Source of the DNA: the human T2T-CHM13v2.0 reference genome, Homo sapiens
DNA: 64,000 nucleotides
Strand: one strand, 5' to 3'
Assembly: GCF_009914755.1 (NCBI RefSeq)
Contig: NC_060945.1
A program made the translations under genes and the position numbers. This document shows, one piece after another, positions 1-14,967 of the stretch (within the stretch, counting starts at the first letter, position 1; every line of letters begins with the position of its first letter). The notes below the pieces were generated by a model. It searched no databases, was not told the DNA's origin, and saw only the letters and a list, made by a program, of their open reading frames with translations.

Positions 1-422
1 CTTAAACAACACAAGTTTGAACTTCACAGATCCACTTTTATGCAAATTTTATTTCACTTCCACCAACCAAATACAGCAAGATCATCCCATACTCTTCTGT
101 CTTCTCTTCAGCCTACTCAATGTGAAGATGATGAGGATGAAGAACTTTATGAAAACCTACTTCCACTTAATGAAATATATTTTCCTTTCTTATCATTTTC
201 TTAATATTTTCTTTCCTCTAGCCTCCTTTATTGTAAGAACATGGTATATAATATATTTCACATACAAAACACGGGTTAATCAACTGCACATCTTATTAGT
301 AGAGCTTCTTGACAATAGTGAGCTATTCGTAGTTTAGTTTTGGGGGATTCAAAGTTATACATAAGTATTTGACTGTGGGGGAATCAGCACTCCTAACCCC
401 CGTGTTGTTCTAGGGTCAACTA
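1..422 (+). mobile_element. Tigger2a/MER28-type TcMar-Tigger MITE (left end clipped by window)
   Basis: Starts in TIR-like cttaaacaacacaagtttgaact; internal tcagcctactcaatgtgaagatgatgaggatgaaga; ends ccccgtgttgttctagggtcaacta followed by TA. Confidence 0.75.
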
Positions 423-568
423 TACTCATATAGTCAATCAACTGAGAAAGGAGAGAAAAATTTTTAAAAAATTGACAAAATGTAACTAATTGCTGAAGTG
501 GGGTCATGAGCAAATGGAATTTTATCTACTATGAATTAGGCTAATCTTCCCATTTTTGTGTATGTTTC

Positions 569-1420
<852 letters not shown>

Positions 1421-3479
1421 TATGTTTCAACAGTGCCAGAATATAGGCTAACTTACAAAAGATTATATGAAGAATGTTTTTTGTAGAACAAATAAAGACT
1501 AAAAACTTTATTCATTTTTTTTAATTGCAATAATATGGCTCAGTTTCAAATAAGCAAGGAAAAAGATAAAACAAAAAAACTAATGTGTGGAGATATTAAA
1601 TTTTATTTTACATTTTATACTACTCTGAGTAGTATAGAATAGTATATTATGGGGAGATTTTATGGAAAAAAGATAATTAAATGGGCCTTAAAGAATATAG
1701 CTTATTAAAAAAATTATGAGCAAGATGAGCAAATAAAATATAAAAATCAAAGTTTTCAAGTTTAGGATATGCTTGCAATTTGATCAAAGTGTCAAATACC
1801 TAATAAAATACTGAGAGAGGAAAAAAACTTGGCATCTGTAACCCAAATTCTACATTCACACTTTTCCATCATTTCCTATATATCTGACCTCTTCTCTGAT
1901 TTTGGCCTCTCATTTTGCTTCTCATTCAAATTTTAGCCTTTCAGGATAGCATGGGACTCGATTGTCCAGGTCACTGCTTTGTTATTTCCAAACTTGTCAA
2001 CAAGGCCTTTTTAGGATTTCAAGAATGTTATGAAGCCAGCTTATTGTTGGCTCTGCCTTTTGTGAATTCCCACATGTATGAAAAGACAGGCTCTTTCCCA
2101 GCCATTTTGATATCAGATACTTAAATCAGGGGATTTATGGATCATTTGTGAATTTTTAAAAAGTGGTTTGCAAATATCACTTTCTTAGTAGTAAAACCAG
2201 CTAGAAATAGAAGACGACAATCAATTTTAAATGATTCTCTTATATCAATAATTAAAGCTTATCCTGAAAATGGTAAGTATCCTCACATAGTAAGATGATC
2301 CCAAGTAATAAAAGCTATCGACTTTAAAATGTAAGCAAGAGAAGCATGATGTAAGACAGATTAATCATGAAGGCTGTTAACAAAAAGGAGCAAGTAGGCT
2401 TACTCTTCAACAGGACTCTGATTAGGCCACACTGTAAAAGAGGCAGCAGAACTATTAACCAGCCACCTTTCAGCATAGCTCCTTTCATTTTGCTTGAACA
2501 TTACAACTCTTTAAAAAGGTCAACAAGCTAAATAATGGAGATTGTAGAAGAGGCTATGACAAAATATATTTAGATAGGATTTGTCTGTGCAGACAAGATG
2601 AAAGAAGCATTTGCAATCAGTGATTTCCAAGTTTGAGAAGTCATTTGAGGCTCTGGGCAAGTCCTGTCTTATTTTACTTTGATTTAATACTTGCTCAGGG
2701 TCTTCTCTCTGGAGACTGTGGTGCGCTTTCTCTCAAGTGGCATGGGAGGACGGGAGAAGCTGTACATGTTGGGGAACCTTTCCAGGTGTTTGGGATCAGC
2801 TCCCAGTTTTCAGTGAGAATCACTCCAGAGTATCAAATTATGGAATTCTTGGGTCCAAATAAAATCACCGTCCAGTGTTTCACTTCCTTCTAAATCTTAA
2901 AAGGGTTAAGTCAGGGTATTACACTGAAAACATTGATTTATAGTTTCTTCTGAAGTTGAGAATGATATTATAGCAAAGGAATAAGTAAAATATAGCTATA
3001 AAATCACCATATGGAATACAGATTGTAAACACATGGGATATTTTTAAACAAATCAATGGAATTAAGAGAGGGCAGAAGAATGTCAACTGACTGCCAGAAA
3101 AAATGAAGCCATAGTCTGAATATTTGGGGAATGGAAAATTCTGTTTGGGACAGGGCAATAATTCTACTGGTGAAATCCCAGGGAAATTATTGTTGAAGTG
3201 AAAGCAGGTACCAGGTATGGCAATAGTGAGAAGTGAGTCCCAAACCATAGGAATCAATGGGAAAATTTTAAATGGGGAATTGATCTCCTTTATTTCTCAC
3301 CTCAACCTTCCAGAAGATAAGAAGCTCCATCAGTAAAATAGCTAGGTATCTATCCATTCATCGAATCTGCCACCAAAACAGCACTGACAAACACATCTCT
3401 GATTTAATTTTTAAAAATAAGTTGGCAAAAAAACATAAGCATATTTTAAGAGGTGATTTAAAAAAAAACTAGAAAGAAC

Positions 3480-4280
3480 AAAGAGGGGATAATTTACCTT
3501 AGTGTTATTAGAAAAAATTGAGAAACAAACAAACAAAAAAAGCTTAATTACATCCTGAAAAAGCTTGATGATAATGCATCCATGAACCAAAATAGGAACT
3601 GTTTAACATGAAGCAACGAACCGTAGCAATAAAGGCCACTTTGACTTCACTAAAGCCAACAATAAAAGAAAGTTGGGAGAGATAGCCAAGAAAATCTAGT
3701 TTCAGAAACAAAAACAAAACAAAACAACAAAGAGATGGGAAATAGGCAATAAAAGAGGAAAAAACATACGGATAAAATACGGAGACTCCATGCCAGACAT
3801 AAAAGAGTTACTAAAACAGATAATTAGAAAATAGAGGAGGGAAAAATAGATGAGGGAAGAATAAATAGAGATTTTTTTCCATTGCTTAATAAGAACTTAT
3901 GCCTTGAATTGAAATAGCCTGTTAATTATTTAAAACAATTACGGGAACAACAACAGAAAGACCTAGTCATGATAACATTGTGAAATTTTCAACTACTTAA
4001 GACTGAAAAAAGAGGTGATGGTATTCAGAAAGTAAACCAAAGACCTATAAATAGTGGTGATAATCAAATTGGTATCAGATATACCATCAGTAACACCAGA
4101 GGCTAAAAAAGGGTAAATAGTCTAAAGATTCCTGGAAAAATAACTATATATCTAAATTTCCATATTCTTCCAAGGAATCAGTCCAGTGTGATAATAGAAA
4201 AAAAATCCATAGGTGAAAATTAACATTTTATGAAGAGAATGAAACAATTAATACTGAAGAAAGAAAACATGAAAGTAGAG
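3480..4280 (+). mobile_element. Ancient L1M/HAL1 ORF1-like fragment
   Basis: A-rich degenerate ORF1-like motifs (cattgtgaaattttcaa; aatcaaattggtatcagat...cagtaacaccagaggcta). Confidence 0.4.
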
Positions 4281-5004
4281 GATAGAAGTCTCTTGGTGTG
4301 TCAATTTCAACTCAGTGCTTAAGATAAAAGTGTCTCGGTAAAAGTAAGGCATGGATGGAAATGGTATATAGCTAAGCACCCTGAAAATCTTGAGGACAGA
4401 TTGAAGGTATTTGTGAGGTATAAAAAGCAGAGATGCAACTTAAACTTGTTGACAGCAACATTCCCCATGAGTGGCAGAGACATAACATTGAATTTAAAGT
4501 GTAACAAGTAAAATCCTCTGCTCAACTTTGAGAAATATTCATAGCCATAGGCATGTGAGTATTTTCTGTTGGTATGAATGTTTTTAGACTGATTTCATTA
4601 ACGCATTCTAGAAAACATAACCGTGGTTTTAAAACAGAACACAAATCTTACCAAACTTGAGGGGGGAAAATGAGAGCACAACCAGCTGTGTATGAGAGCT
4701 ATAATTAGGGGAAGATTGTAAAGGAAAAGGATGGAAACATGTATGTCTACTTTTTAGAAAAAGATAATCCAAGAGGTACTACTTTCAGTAGAGTGGACAA
4801 TATTGGGCTTTAGGCAGGAGAAAACCAGTGGGGCAATTGGGTACATGGATATAATCATAGGGAAGGATTATGTATAGAAGAGCAACTGAGGCACAGAGAC
4901 AGGAAGGTGAGAAATATCTAACATATTTTGAGGGATTTTTTGTCAAACTATTTAGAATGTTTTCCTGGTTAAGATATTAAGCAATGTTGGGCATAAAACA
5001 TCAG

Positions 5005-5155
5005 TCACTCTTTTACAGTCACTCTATTTATAAAATAACGAGTTTCAAGAAGATTAAGTAACCTGCCACGTTGATACAGCTAAAAAGAGATATGACTTAC
5101 ATTTGAATATATTTCCACTGCTTACAAAGCCGCCCACGCTTAATAAACTGTGCTG
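5005..5155 (-). mobile_element. MIR fragment
   Basis: gaagattaagtaacctgcc...acagcta resembles the MIR core in reverse. Confidence 0.45.
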
Positions 5156-7261
5156 TACTCCTTTCACCATGGGTCATATCTTCAGCAGAAAGTGCTGGGA
5201 CATAAATCAAGAACTTCTGGTTCCCAAACTGATTCACTTGCCGCCTTATAGTTCACATTCTGAATCAACTGCTGTTGTGTTGGTGACAGTAAAAGCACAA
5301 AAGAACAATCAGGCTTAATTTTTTTTTAAAGAGTCCCTTCTTGGTATCAAGACTCTGGAGTGTAGCATGACAAAAAAATATACCACTGTTGTTATAATTA
5401 TATGAAATCACAAAAGTCAAAGCTGACCATTATTAACTTCAGTAAAAATTTGACCCACATAATGAAATTTCCAAGCTTTAGGACAATATAGATATTAGAT
5501 TGATCCAGAGGAAATAAATTAGACAACATTTTCTTTTAAAAGTATATGTGGCATTAATGTGGATTTGTGAAATAAACATTATACCTTTGTATTCATACAA
5601 AGTCTTGTATAAATAAATACATATTTTGTTTTAACTTCTGTAGTCAACCTCATATATTTGTGGAAATTTATGACAATACATTTCATAAATAATTCTGCTT
5701 CATTACTTTTAAATTATCTTTTAAAGATATATTTTTACAAACATTGTCTATTATTTTCACATTATAATATAACAAAATGAAAAAATAGGATTGTTCATTT
5801 TGTGATACCTCGGACTCTAAGTTGGGCCTGAACTCTATATGAGAACTGATTAACAATTAAATGTCAAAATTTTATTTTATTTCATTAACAAAATGTATTA
5901 TATTGAAAATTTTATAGGAAGCAGTAGCCAAAAGAGTGCATATGTTCATATGTGTAGCTGTTTTTCTTCAAGTACTTTTAAATCTTTATACGTCAGTTCC
6001 TGAATACCATTGGCCTTGCTGATAATACATTGACAGAATTTTCCCTGCAAGTAGCAGATATACAATTTTTTCGTAACTTACTTGTAGCATATCTATATTC
6101 ACATAAGGGTTTATGGGGATAAAGAACCAAAATATGGGCATTTTTATTATACTAAAACATTATAACATGCTATCTAAAATGGTCATTTTAAATTTGTGCT
6201 CTACCTTGCTTTTGCATGTATAGTAACAAAAATCAGGAGAAAGAGAGTAAAAATTGTGGTCACCTAATGTTTAATCTATAAGATTTTATGTATATTTCTA
6301 AATAAGAGAAGTAGATTTTTTACTAAAACAAAGTTACATGAAGATTTATAGTGTGACATAAGACTGAATTTGAAGTAAATACTATTATTATTATTGCATG
6401 TAATCTAATCTTGAAACTCATTTGAATAGGAAGGCCAGAAAAAATATTAGGATATGAAAACAAATCAACTCAAGAGATTTGAAATAGCATTTCTGGCTTA
6501 GTTTATTGATCAGAGAACTGGTAACAGAATTATGGAAATAATTTCCTGATCAATATTTTTGGAATGGAGAAACCTTGAGAAAGGGTTGTTGGTGAATTAA
6601 TAATTTTGTTTGGGACACTTACATTTGAATTTCCTATTGGATAGATACATCACAATGTCTTCGTTTTTCAGGCACCCAGTAAGGGAGTCTATAAAGAACT
6701 AATTTTCCCCTACATTGGAAGGTGGTGACAGGAAGGTATTTTAATCAGGGCTCTGGTGGAATACAAGACAGAAATAATTTCCAGGGAGAAACTCTTTTTT
6801 CAAACAATTCAGGCAGAAGAGGGAATGGCAAGATGAAATTTTGGATTCTACATGTGCTCACCTATCATTTAATTTTCATTACCAACACCAAGTATACACA
6901 TTTTTAAAAATGATGAAGATAACATTTCAATTATGTAGTGTAAGGATGAATTAATCACTACGTCATCATGCAGAAAGAACTGATTTAATCATTAAAAACA
7001 AAACAATTACAAACTCTATGGTTTCTTTCACACCAGGAAACTTAGAAAGCAACAAGAACAAGAAAAAGGCAGATGTTATAAAAGCAAAGCTAAATACTTT
7101 GGGTATATATACATGTAAAACCTCTGTGTAATGGAATATATTATAAAAAGTGGTGAACAATAAGCAACCATATTTCTTAAATACTTGTAATATATATGAA
7201 ATATAAAGATTTGAAAAGAAAATATGTAAAGATCTCTTATAATAAAAGACAGACTTTCTAA

Positions 7262-7726
7262 TATGTTTATTACACTATTCACACTGGCAAAGACATGAAA
7301 TCAACCTGTGTACCCATCAATGGTGGATTGCAAAAAGAAAATGTAGTGCATATATGCCATGGAATTCCATGCAGCCATAAAATAGACCAAAATTATGTCT
7401 CGTGCAGCAACATGAAGGCAGTTGGAAGCCATTATTCTAAGCGAATTAATGCAAGAAGAGAAAATCAAATATTGCATTTCTTCACATATAAGTGGGAGCT
7501 TAACACTGAGCACATGTGGACATGGGAACAATTAACACTGTGGACTACTACAGTGGGGATGGTAAGGGAGAAAGGGGGCAGTGGTTGAAAAACCATCTAC
7601 TGGGTTTTATGCTTACTACTTAAGTGATGGGATCTGTACCCAAACCTCAGCATCATGCAATGCACCTATGTAACAAACTTGCACATGCACCTCAAGTATC
7701 TGAAATAAAATTTGAAATTAAAAAAA
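7262..7726 (+). mobile_element. L1PA15/16-like 3' end, 5'-truncated
   Basis: Degenerate ORF2 C-terminus, 3'UTR cccaaacctcagcatcatgcaa...tgtaacaaacttgcacatg, AATAAA and A tail. Confidence 0.8.
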
Positions 7727-8140
7727 TTGAACCATTGTTATGCCAGAAAACATAAAAGAAATACTCATCAGGAATAGTATGTTCAAATGTTTGATCTAAT
7801 CAGAGATCCAAGGAAGGCAAATAAAATAACGATGAAATAAAACAACAAAATAAATTCCTCCTGTTTGTTTCGAAAATAGATTGTCCCTTCAACTTGTGGT
7901 TAAAGTTTAAATTGGTACAAACTTTATGACGAGAAATTAGCTGAAAAATGCTTACATTGCACTGAATCAGCCAGTTTGAGAGATCTTAGAAAGCCTTGGC
8001 TACCAGAATGATAATTACAATGTATGAAATGAAAAAAATTGCTAAGCAGTTAACATTTAGTAGAAAGTCATTGATTAAGTAATCTATTAAGTGAAATACT
8101 TATAAGTCATTAAAATTGCATTAGAGATATAGTGAGCATC

Positions 8141-8556
8141 TGTTGTGGCTGCTGGAACCCCATCAATTCTACTATTTCTCTACTCATACTAATTAGCCTT
8201 TGTTATCTACTATCACTGCCCCCGACATAACACACATATGAGACAGAATCCTGAAGAATCCTGAGTCCTGATAGGAAGTGTCAAGGTGCCCACCCTTCTC
8301 TTGGATCTTGAATGGAGCGCATAATCACTTTTAACAGTGAGAGCTGATGAATCCCAACAGAGAAACCTGGAATCAACTGTTTCTTGGTTTCTGTTAGTTA
8401 TATTCTTGGAGCTACCCCAGTTTCTATTTTAAATATGAAAATGAAAATAGCATTTTTAGCTTCTCTGTAAGTTCTATCAGCCTGTCTATCTACATAAGAT
8501 TGTATACTTGTTTAAAGGACCCTACTTTGGTTTCTGTTGCTTGCAAACAGAGAGCT
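8141..8556 (+). mobile_element. Old ERVL LTR (LTR33/LTR16-like)
   Basis: 3' motif tttggtttctgttgcttgcaaacagagag typical of these LTR ends. Confidence 0.4.
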
Positions 8557-8614
8557 AAAAAAAAAAAATCTAGATGTATTTACTGAAAAAAGATGGTCAC
8601 CAAATTTTGGTGAC

Positions 8615-8965
8615 TATATTAGTCTGTTCTCATGGTGCTATTCAGACATACCTGAGACTGGGTAGTTTATAAAGGACAGAGGTTTAATTGACTCATACTT
8701 CCACATGGCTGGGGAGGCCTCACAATCATGGCAGAAGGTGAATGAGTACCAAAGTCATATTTTAAATGGTGGCAGCCAAGAGAGCTTGTGCAGGGGAACT
8801 CCCATTTATAAAACCATCAGCTCTCATGAGACTTTTTAAACAGCAGGAGAAAAACCCACCCCTATGATTCAATTAACTTCCGCTGAGTCCCTCCCACAAC
8901 ATGTGGGAATTATGGGAGCTACAATTCAAGGTGAGATTTGGTTGGGACACAGCCAAACCATATCG
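8615..8965 (-). mobile_element. THE1 (THE1C/D-like) 3' LTR
   Basis: tattagtctgttctcatg...gagactgggtagtttataaag...ggacacagccaaaccatatc matches the reverse complement of the THE1 LTR. Confidence 0.9.
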
Positions 8966-10132
8966 TTCCAACCCTCCCCCTCCCAAATCTCATGTCCTCA
9001 AATTTCAAAACTACTCATGCCTTCCCAACAGTCCCCAAAAGTCTTAACTCATTTCAGCATTAACTTAAAAGTCCATAGTCCAAAGTGTCATCTGAGAAAA
9101 GGCAAGTTCTTCTGCCTGTGAGCCTGTAATATCAAAAGCAAGTTAATTACTTCCTAGATACAATGTGGGTACAAGCATTGGGTAAATACACCTGTTCCAA
9201 ATGGGAGACGTTGTCCAAAATGAAGGTGCTTCAGGCCCCATGCAAGTCCAAAATCCAACAGGCCTGTCAAATATTAAAGCTATGAAATCATCTCCTTTCA
9301 CTCCATGTCTCACATACAGGTCACACTGATGCAAGACGTGGGTTCCCATGGTCTTGGGCAGCTCTACCCCTGTGGTTTTTCAGCATACACCCCTCCTTCT
9401 GGATAGTTTCACAAGCTGGCATTGAGTGTCTGCAGCTTTTCTAGGTACGTAGTGCAAGCTGTCGGTGGAGCTATCATTCTGAGGTCTGGCGGATGGTGGC
9501 CCTCTTCTCACAGCTCCATTAGGTAGTGCCCAGTAGGGACTCTGTGGGAGGGCTCCAACCCCACATTTTCCTTTTGCACTGCCTTAGCAGAGGTTCTCAA
9601 TGAAGACCCTGCCTCTGCAGCAGACTTCTGCCTGGACATCCAGACATTTCCATACATCCTCTCAAATCTAGGTGGAGGTTCCCAAACATCAATTCTTGAT
9701 TTCTGTGCACCCACAGACTCAACACTATGTGGAAACTGCCAAGGCTTGGGGCTTCCACCCTTTGAAGCCATGGCCCGAGCTCTACCTTGGCCCTTTTAGC
9801 CATGGCTGGAGCAGCTGGGGCACGGGGCACCAAGTACCTAGGCTGCACGGAACAGTGGGGCCCTGGGCCAGGCCCAGGAAATTATTTTTTCTTCCTAGGC
9901 CTTTGAGCCTGTGATGGGAAGGTCTGCCACGAAAGTCTCTGACCTGCCCTGGAAACAGTTTTCCCACTGCTTTTGAGATTAACGTTTGGCTCCTCATTAC
10001 TTATGCAAAGGTCTGCAGCCACCTTGAATTTCTCCTCAGAAAAAGGGTTTTTCTTTTGTATTGCATCTTCAGGCTGCAAATTTTCTGGACTTTTATGCTC
10101 TGCTTCCCTTTTAAACATAAGTTCCAATTCCA
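8966..10132 (-). mobile_element. THE1-int, truncated (5' internal part and 5' LTR absent)
   Basis: Continuous THE1-int motifs (cccaaatctcatgtcctca; caggccccatgcaagtcc; ctctgcttcccttttaaacataagttccaattcca), then an abrupt stop. Confidence 0.88.
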
Positions 10133-11055
10133 CACCAAAGCTTTGTGGATACATAAAACTGAATGATTTTATAGTGAAAAGCAAATAATTTGAGAAGATG
10201 TAAGAAGGTATGAGTGCTGTATGAAAAGAAGTTTTTTCAACAGAAACCAATGTGAAACTTAGGTAATAGATATATGTTTTCATACTGATTTTCTTAATTG
10301 ACATTTTAATTTGGCCCACCCAAACATCTGGATAGCCAGGCTGTCTGCTTCTTCAATGGAAGTAGGTTTCGTTCTCTGTGTAAAAGAAGGGTACCCCATT
10401 ACCAGTGTCCTCCCTTCCATAATAGCTGAAGAGAGTGGCTCACTTAGACATGTTCAAGAGCAACCAAAATGGCCTCAGGTTGTGGTTGGCTCCAATGTCC
10501 CTGCCAGGGGTGCTATCTTTACTACTAACCCCAGCTGTTACTATTTCCCCATTTGACATTGCTGAATCTCTTCTATCTCTATTTCATTCTGTGCCGTTCT
10601 CTAGGTGTAAACAGGAGTTGTGCAGATTTAACAAAAGGTAACACTCTTCTTTAATTTTTCTGTTGAAGATCTAGATATAGCTAAAGCTTGATTATGAGCT
10701 GCATGCACAACAATTGACATATTGCGTATCAAAACATTTTCTAATAAAATGTAGATATATGATGTTTTGATTACCGTAGTTTTTGTTTATTATCAGTGAA
10801 TTATTTTCCTTATAAATTGGGACTATATTTATTTTTATAGTCCCAATTATAGTAAGGGATTATAGTAAGGATAACTATATTGTTAATCTTAAGATTGAAA
10901 AGTTGAAGAGTATATTTTAATATCATGGCAAAACTGAGGAAACATTTTAAAAATCCATTTGAAACAAACTGTGTACTGCATAAAACAAATTATCGTGATG
11001 TTGTAAGATATTACTAGAAAATGTATAAGTACTTTAATAAGCCAAAGCATGCGTG

Positions 11056-11628
11056 GGTATAAGTATTTACTACTGTGCAATGCATTACCACACACTTAGA
11101 GGTTTAGAACAAAACATCTTAATTATCTCACAGTTTGTGTGTCAGAATTCCAGGAATAATATGGCTTGGTCTTCTGCTCAGGGTCTCACAAGGCAGCATT
11201 TAATGTATTATTAGCAAGGTTGCATTTCTGTCTGAAGCTTGAGGTCCCCTTCCAAGCTCATATGATTATTGGTCGAATTCTCTTCTAGCTACTGTAGGAG
11301 TATGGTCTCACTTTTCTGCTGACTGTCAGCTGGGAGATGCTTTTATTTCCCAGAGGCCACTCAGAAATTTTTTCCATGTGGCTCTTTCTCAGGTTCTCTT
11401 ACAGACCTCTGAGAACATGACAGATTATTTCTTCAAGACTAGCAAAAGTCTTTCTGGCTCTACTCTGTTAATATGGGGTCTTACGTAAGAATCACAGGAG
11501 TGGCTACCCCATCACCTTTGCCATATTCTTTTGGTAAAAACAAGTCAGAGATTTCACTCAAACTTATGGGGAAAAAAACTTTTCAAGGGTCAGGACACAT
11601 AGGGGTCACCTTGTATATGCCCAGCACA
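11056..11628 (-). mobile_element. MLT1 (E/F-like) MaLR LTR
   Basis: attaccacacacttagaggtttagaacaaaaca...attatctcacagttt...gctcagggtctcacaaggc. Confidence 0.7.
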
Positions 11629-13203
11629 ACAGGTTACCTTATAAGTCTTTGTTTTAACATCTTATTAGCCTTGCTTTTAAGATAACCAAATTGGGGTGGG
11701 ACTAACAAAGACTAATTTATTCATATGAGATTCAGTCTTGTGGTTTGGCCAAGCCTATCACAATGAGCAAATTAAATATGTTCAGGTCATTTGAACACGT
11801 CATTGTGGAGACATGCATGGGAAATCCAATTTGATACAAAGTCCTATGTTTAGACAGTGGTCAAACTTGTGAACTATCTTAATCAAATATAATAATATTG
11901 ACATAATCCTCCCTAAGGTGAAAAAATTATTAAATTATTCAGCAAATACTTGATCTGAGTGTGTCATAACTAAATGTCCTTCGAAAAAAGAAATTTTAAG
12001 GTATTTTTGGAAGTAGTTTAAAAAAAGATAAGATTCAATCAATCTAAACTGAGACTAGAGAGAGATTTTGGTTAAAATAATACAGGATATTCATATCCAT
12101 TCTATATTTATATTTCCTTGAGCTAAAAATCAATTGAGCCAAAATCATCATGTTTATTTATATAGAAAGGATATGACATAAAGGCAAATATAATTTCTAA
12201 CCTCATTTCACTTTTTCAAAGAGTAAGCATAAAATATACAAATAGAACATACATTTGAAAAAGTTAATATTTAACATGAAGTATAACAATTTTTGAAGTA
12301 GGTATTCTGCCTTAAGGACTTTTTGTATAAAATAAAACCTAATGACTATTGAGATCCACCTGAAGAATATGACAGAGGACAGGTTAAGGTATCCTCAAAT
12401 AAAAATGAGAGTTTCTTGTATAAATTTTAGTGCCTATAATTCCTCTAATCAAAGTTGTATTTGATGGCTTTAGCAAAAACAAAATGACTTGACTTTCTTC
12501 TCATCTTTACTATGTGATTGCCACTTATGAATGGAAAAATCTTAATTGGTACTTGCTTACAGAGTTTACTTTTACGTTTTAATTTGTTTAGATTATATAG
12601 CTCAAATTCATCAATTGGACATATGAATTGTCCTGATTTGTAATTTTTTCCTAAATTTTATTCTAGTGTATAAACACGTAAACTGTCCCACATGAATGTC
12701 CTTGTCATTTTTGTGCTAAAGATGCATTTAGAAGTATCAAGTAATTGACATATGCTCCTTTGAATACAGGTTAGCACAAACGTTTTAATAGAAAATGTAA
12801 AGAGTGAAGTGATCACTGAAGGGAGCACTTATAGTATATATAGCTATTAACAGAAATAGTTGCTTTTATGATATATGTTTTTCATTACAAAAGATGATTC
12901 TTTGATGACTAGTCAAATACAAATGAATAAAAACTCATGTTTAAGATAAACCACAAGTGTTTAGTCACCAACAAATGAAAAAGACAAATATGTTTAAATT
13001 ACACGTTTAAATATTTCATATTTCATAATATTGAATGCTGATTTTCTTTTAGAGATAGTAAAAACAATTCATAAATGTCTGAATCGCTATTCAGTGTAAA
13101 TTGGAGAGGTATTGCATCTTTGCTTGATTGAAATGCTGTTATATGTGGAAATACAAAGTTTGATATACTTATAAATGGTAAGTTTCAATAAAGTCTCAAC
13201 TCA

Positions 13204-13553
<350 letters not shown>

Positions 13554-13842
13554 GTGTGCAAGTGAAATGACAAGGCTGGACTTCCTACAAGGAAACAAAG
13601 ATATTCAGTAAAAGTTTTAGTTAGGTTCCAGACATCTACATAATTACACAAAAATGCTTGAAGAAACAGAAGTTCAATAGACAAATAATCATTGTGAAGG
13701 CAGGGGAAGAATTGCATGATTAGTTATGAAAGAAATGATTTGAAGAGGAATTAGAAGGATTTTAAAAGGTATTTCCAAGATAAAATGTCAAAAGCCTCTT
13801 ATACATTCAATACAGCTTTTGTTTCACTTAGGGCAGTGGATA

Positions 13843-13944
13843 TAAGGTGACCAAATGTCTCCATTAACATAGGACTAAGGGCTTTCTCAAGAATGGTAAA
13901 AGTAAGAAAAATCCATGGCCAAAACACGACAAGCTGGTCAACCT
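13843..13944. mobile_element. Small hAT-Blackjack MITE (MER94/MER81-like)
   Basis: Terminal inverted repeats taaggtgacca / tggtcaaccta about 100 bp apart. Confidence 0.45.
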
Positions 13945-13946
13945 AG

Positions 13947-14817
13947 CAGTGGTTCTTACCATTTACCCAAATTATCTGAGGATGTTTTTTGTACAAGAAA
14001 AAAATAAATTTAAAACACACCCAAGCTCCTACAAATAGATTATATTTGAACTGGTCTGAGATGAAGTCAGGTATTGTATTGTTTGTATATTAGTTTTCTA
14101 TTGCTGTCATAACAGATTTCCAAAACGTAGTGGTTTAAACACAAATGTATTATCTCATTGTTCTGTAGTTCAGACATCTAGGTGTAATGTGGCTTGGCTG
14201 GTTTCTCTGGTTAGTCTCACAGGACTGAAAGCCAGGTGTCAGCAAGTAGTATCCTAGAGGCTTTGGGGATGAATCCATTTCCTTACTCAGTCAGGTTGCT
14301 GGTGGAATTCAATTGCTTGAAGAGGGTAATAGGAGTGAGATCCTTGTGTCCTTGGCTAGCTGTAAGCTACAGACTGTTCCCAAATCCTAGAGTCCACCCA
14401 CATTCCCTAGGTGGTGACTGCTTATCCCTCTTCAAAGCTCATGATGCCAAGTTGAACCCTTTTCCTGCATCCAATCTCCATGGTCTGCCCTCCCCCGGAC
14501 CCCACTGCTTCATCTCTCCTACTCTTTCATCCACATCACTCTGATTCTTTTCCATCCTCTCCTGCTTGTTTCAGGCCCATGTAATTACCTTGTGCCCACC
14601 TGGATAACCTAAGACCATCACCTTATTTTAAGGTGAGCTGATTGGTAACTTATTTTCACCTAAAGTCTTTTTTACAGCAGTACCTAGACGAGTGTTTGCT
14701 TGAATAACCAAAAGATGGGAATTTTGGAAAACATCCTTAGAATTCTGCCTACTCCAGTTTGTTCTACTATGGGTTCTCTGAGTAATTCTAACTTGGCAGC
14801 CAGATTTGAAAAGCATT
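13947..14817. mobile_element. MER5-like hAT MITE split by an MLT1 insertion
   Basis: cagtggttctta start; second half tgagtaattctaacttggcagccagatttgaaaagca resumes after the LTR. Confidence 0.45.
14086..14756 (-). mobile_element. MLT1E-like solo LTR
   Basis: tattagttttctattgctgtcataaca...ccttagaattctgcctactcca; perfect 5-bp TSD GTTTG at 14081-85 and 14757-61. Confidence 0.85.
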
Positions 14818-14967
14818 TTTCAGGCATGCATTCTTGCTATTGTGCTACCTGATCACACCTACTTCCATATCTCTACAAGCACCAGATATTCTCAATATGG
14901 GAAGAAATAAATACTCTCTCTAGGACTTTCAATTTTACTGTGACATATAAAGAACTTAGAAGTTAAA

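Noticed and set aside
8864-10319. Cluster of overlapping ORFs
   Set aside because: Open frames in GC-richer THE1 sequence; broken and truncated
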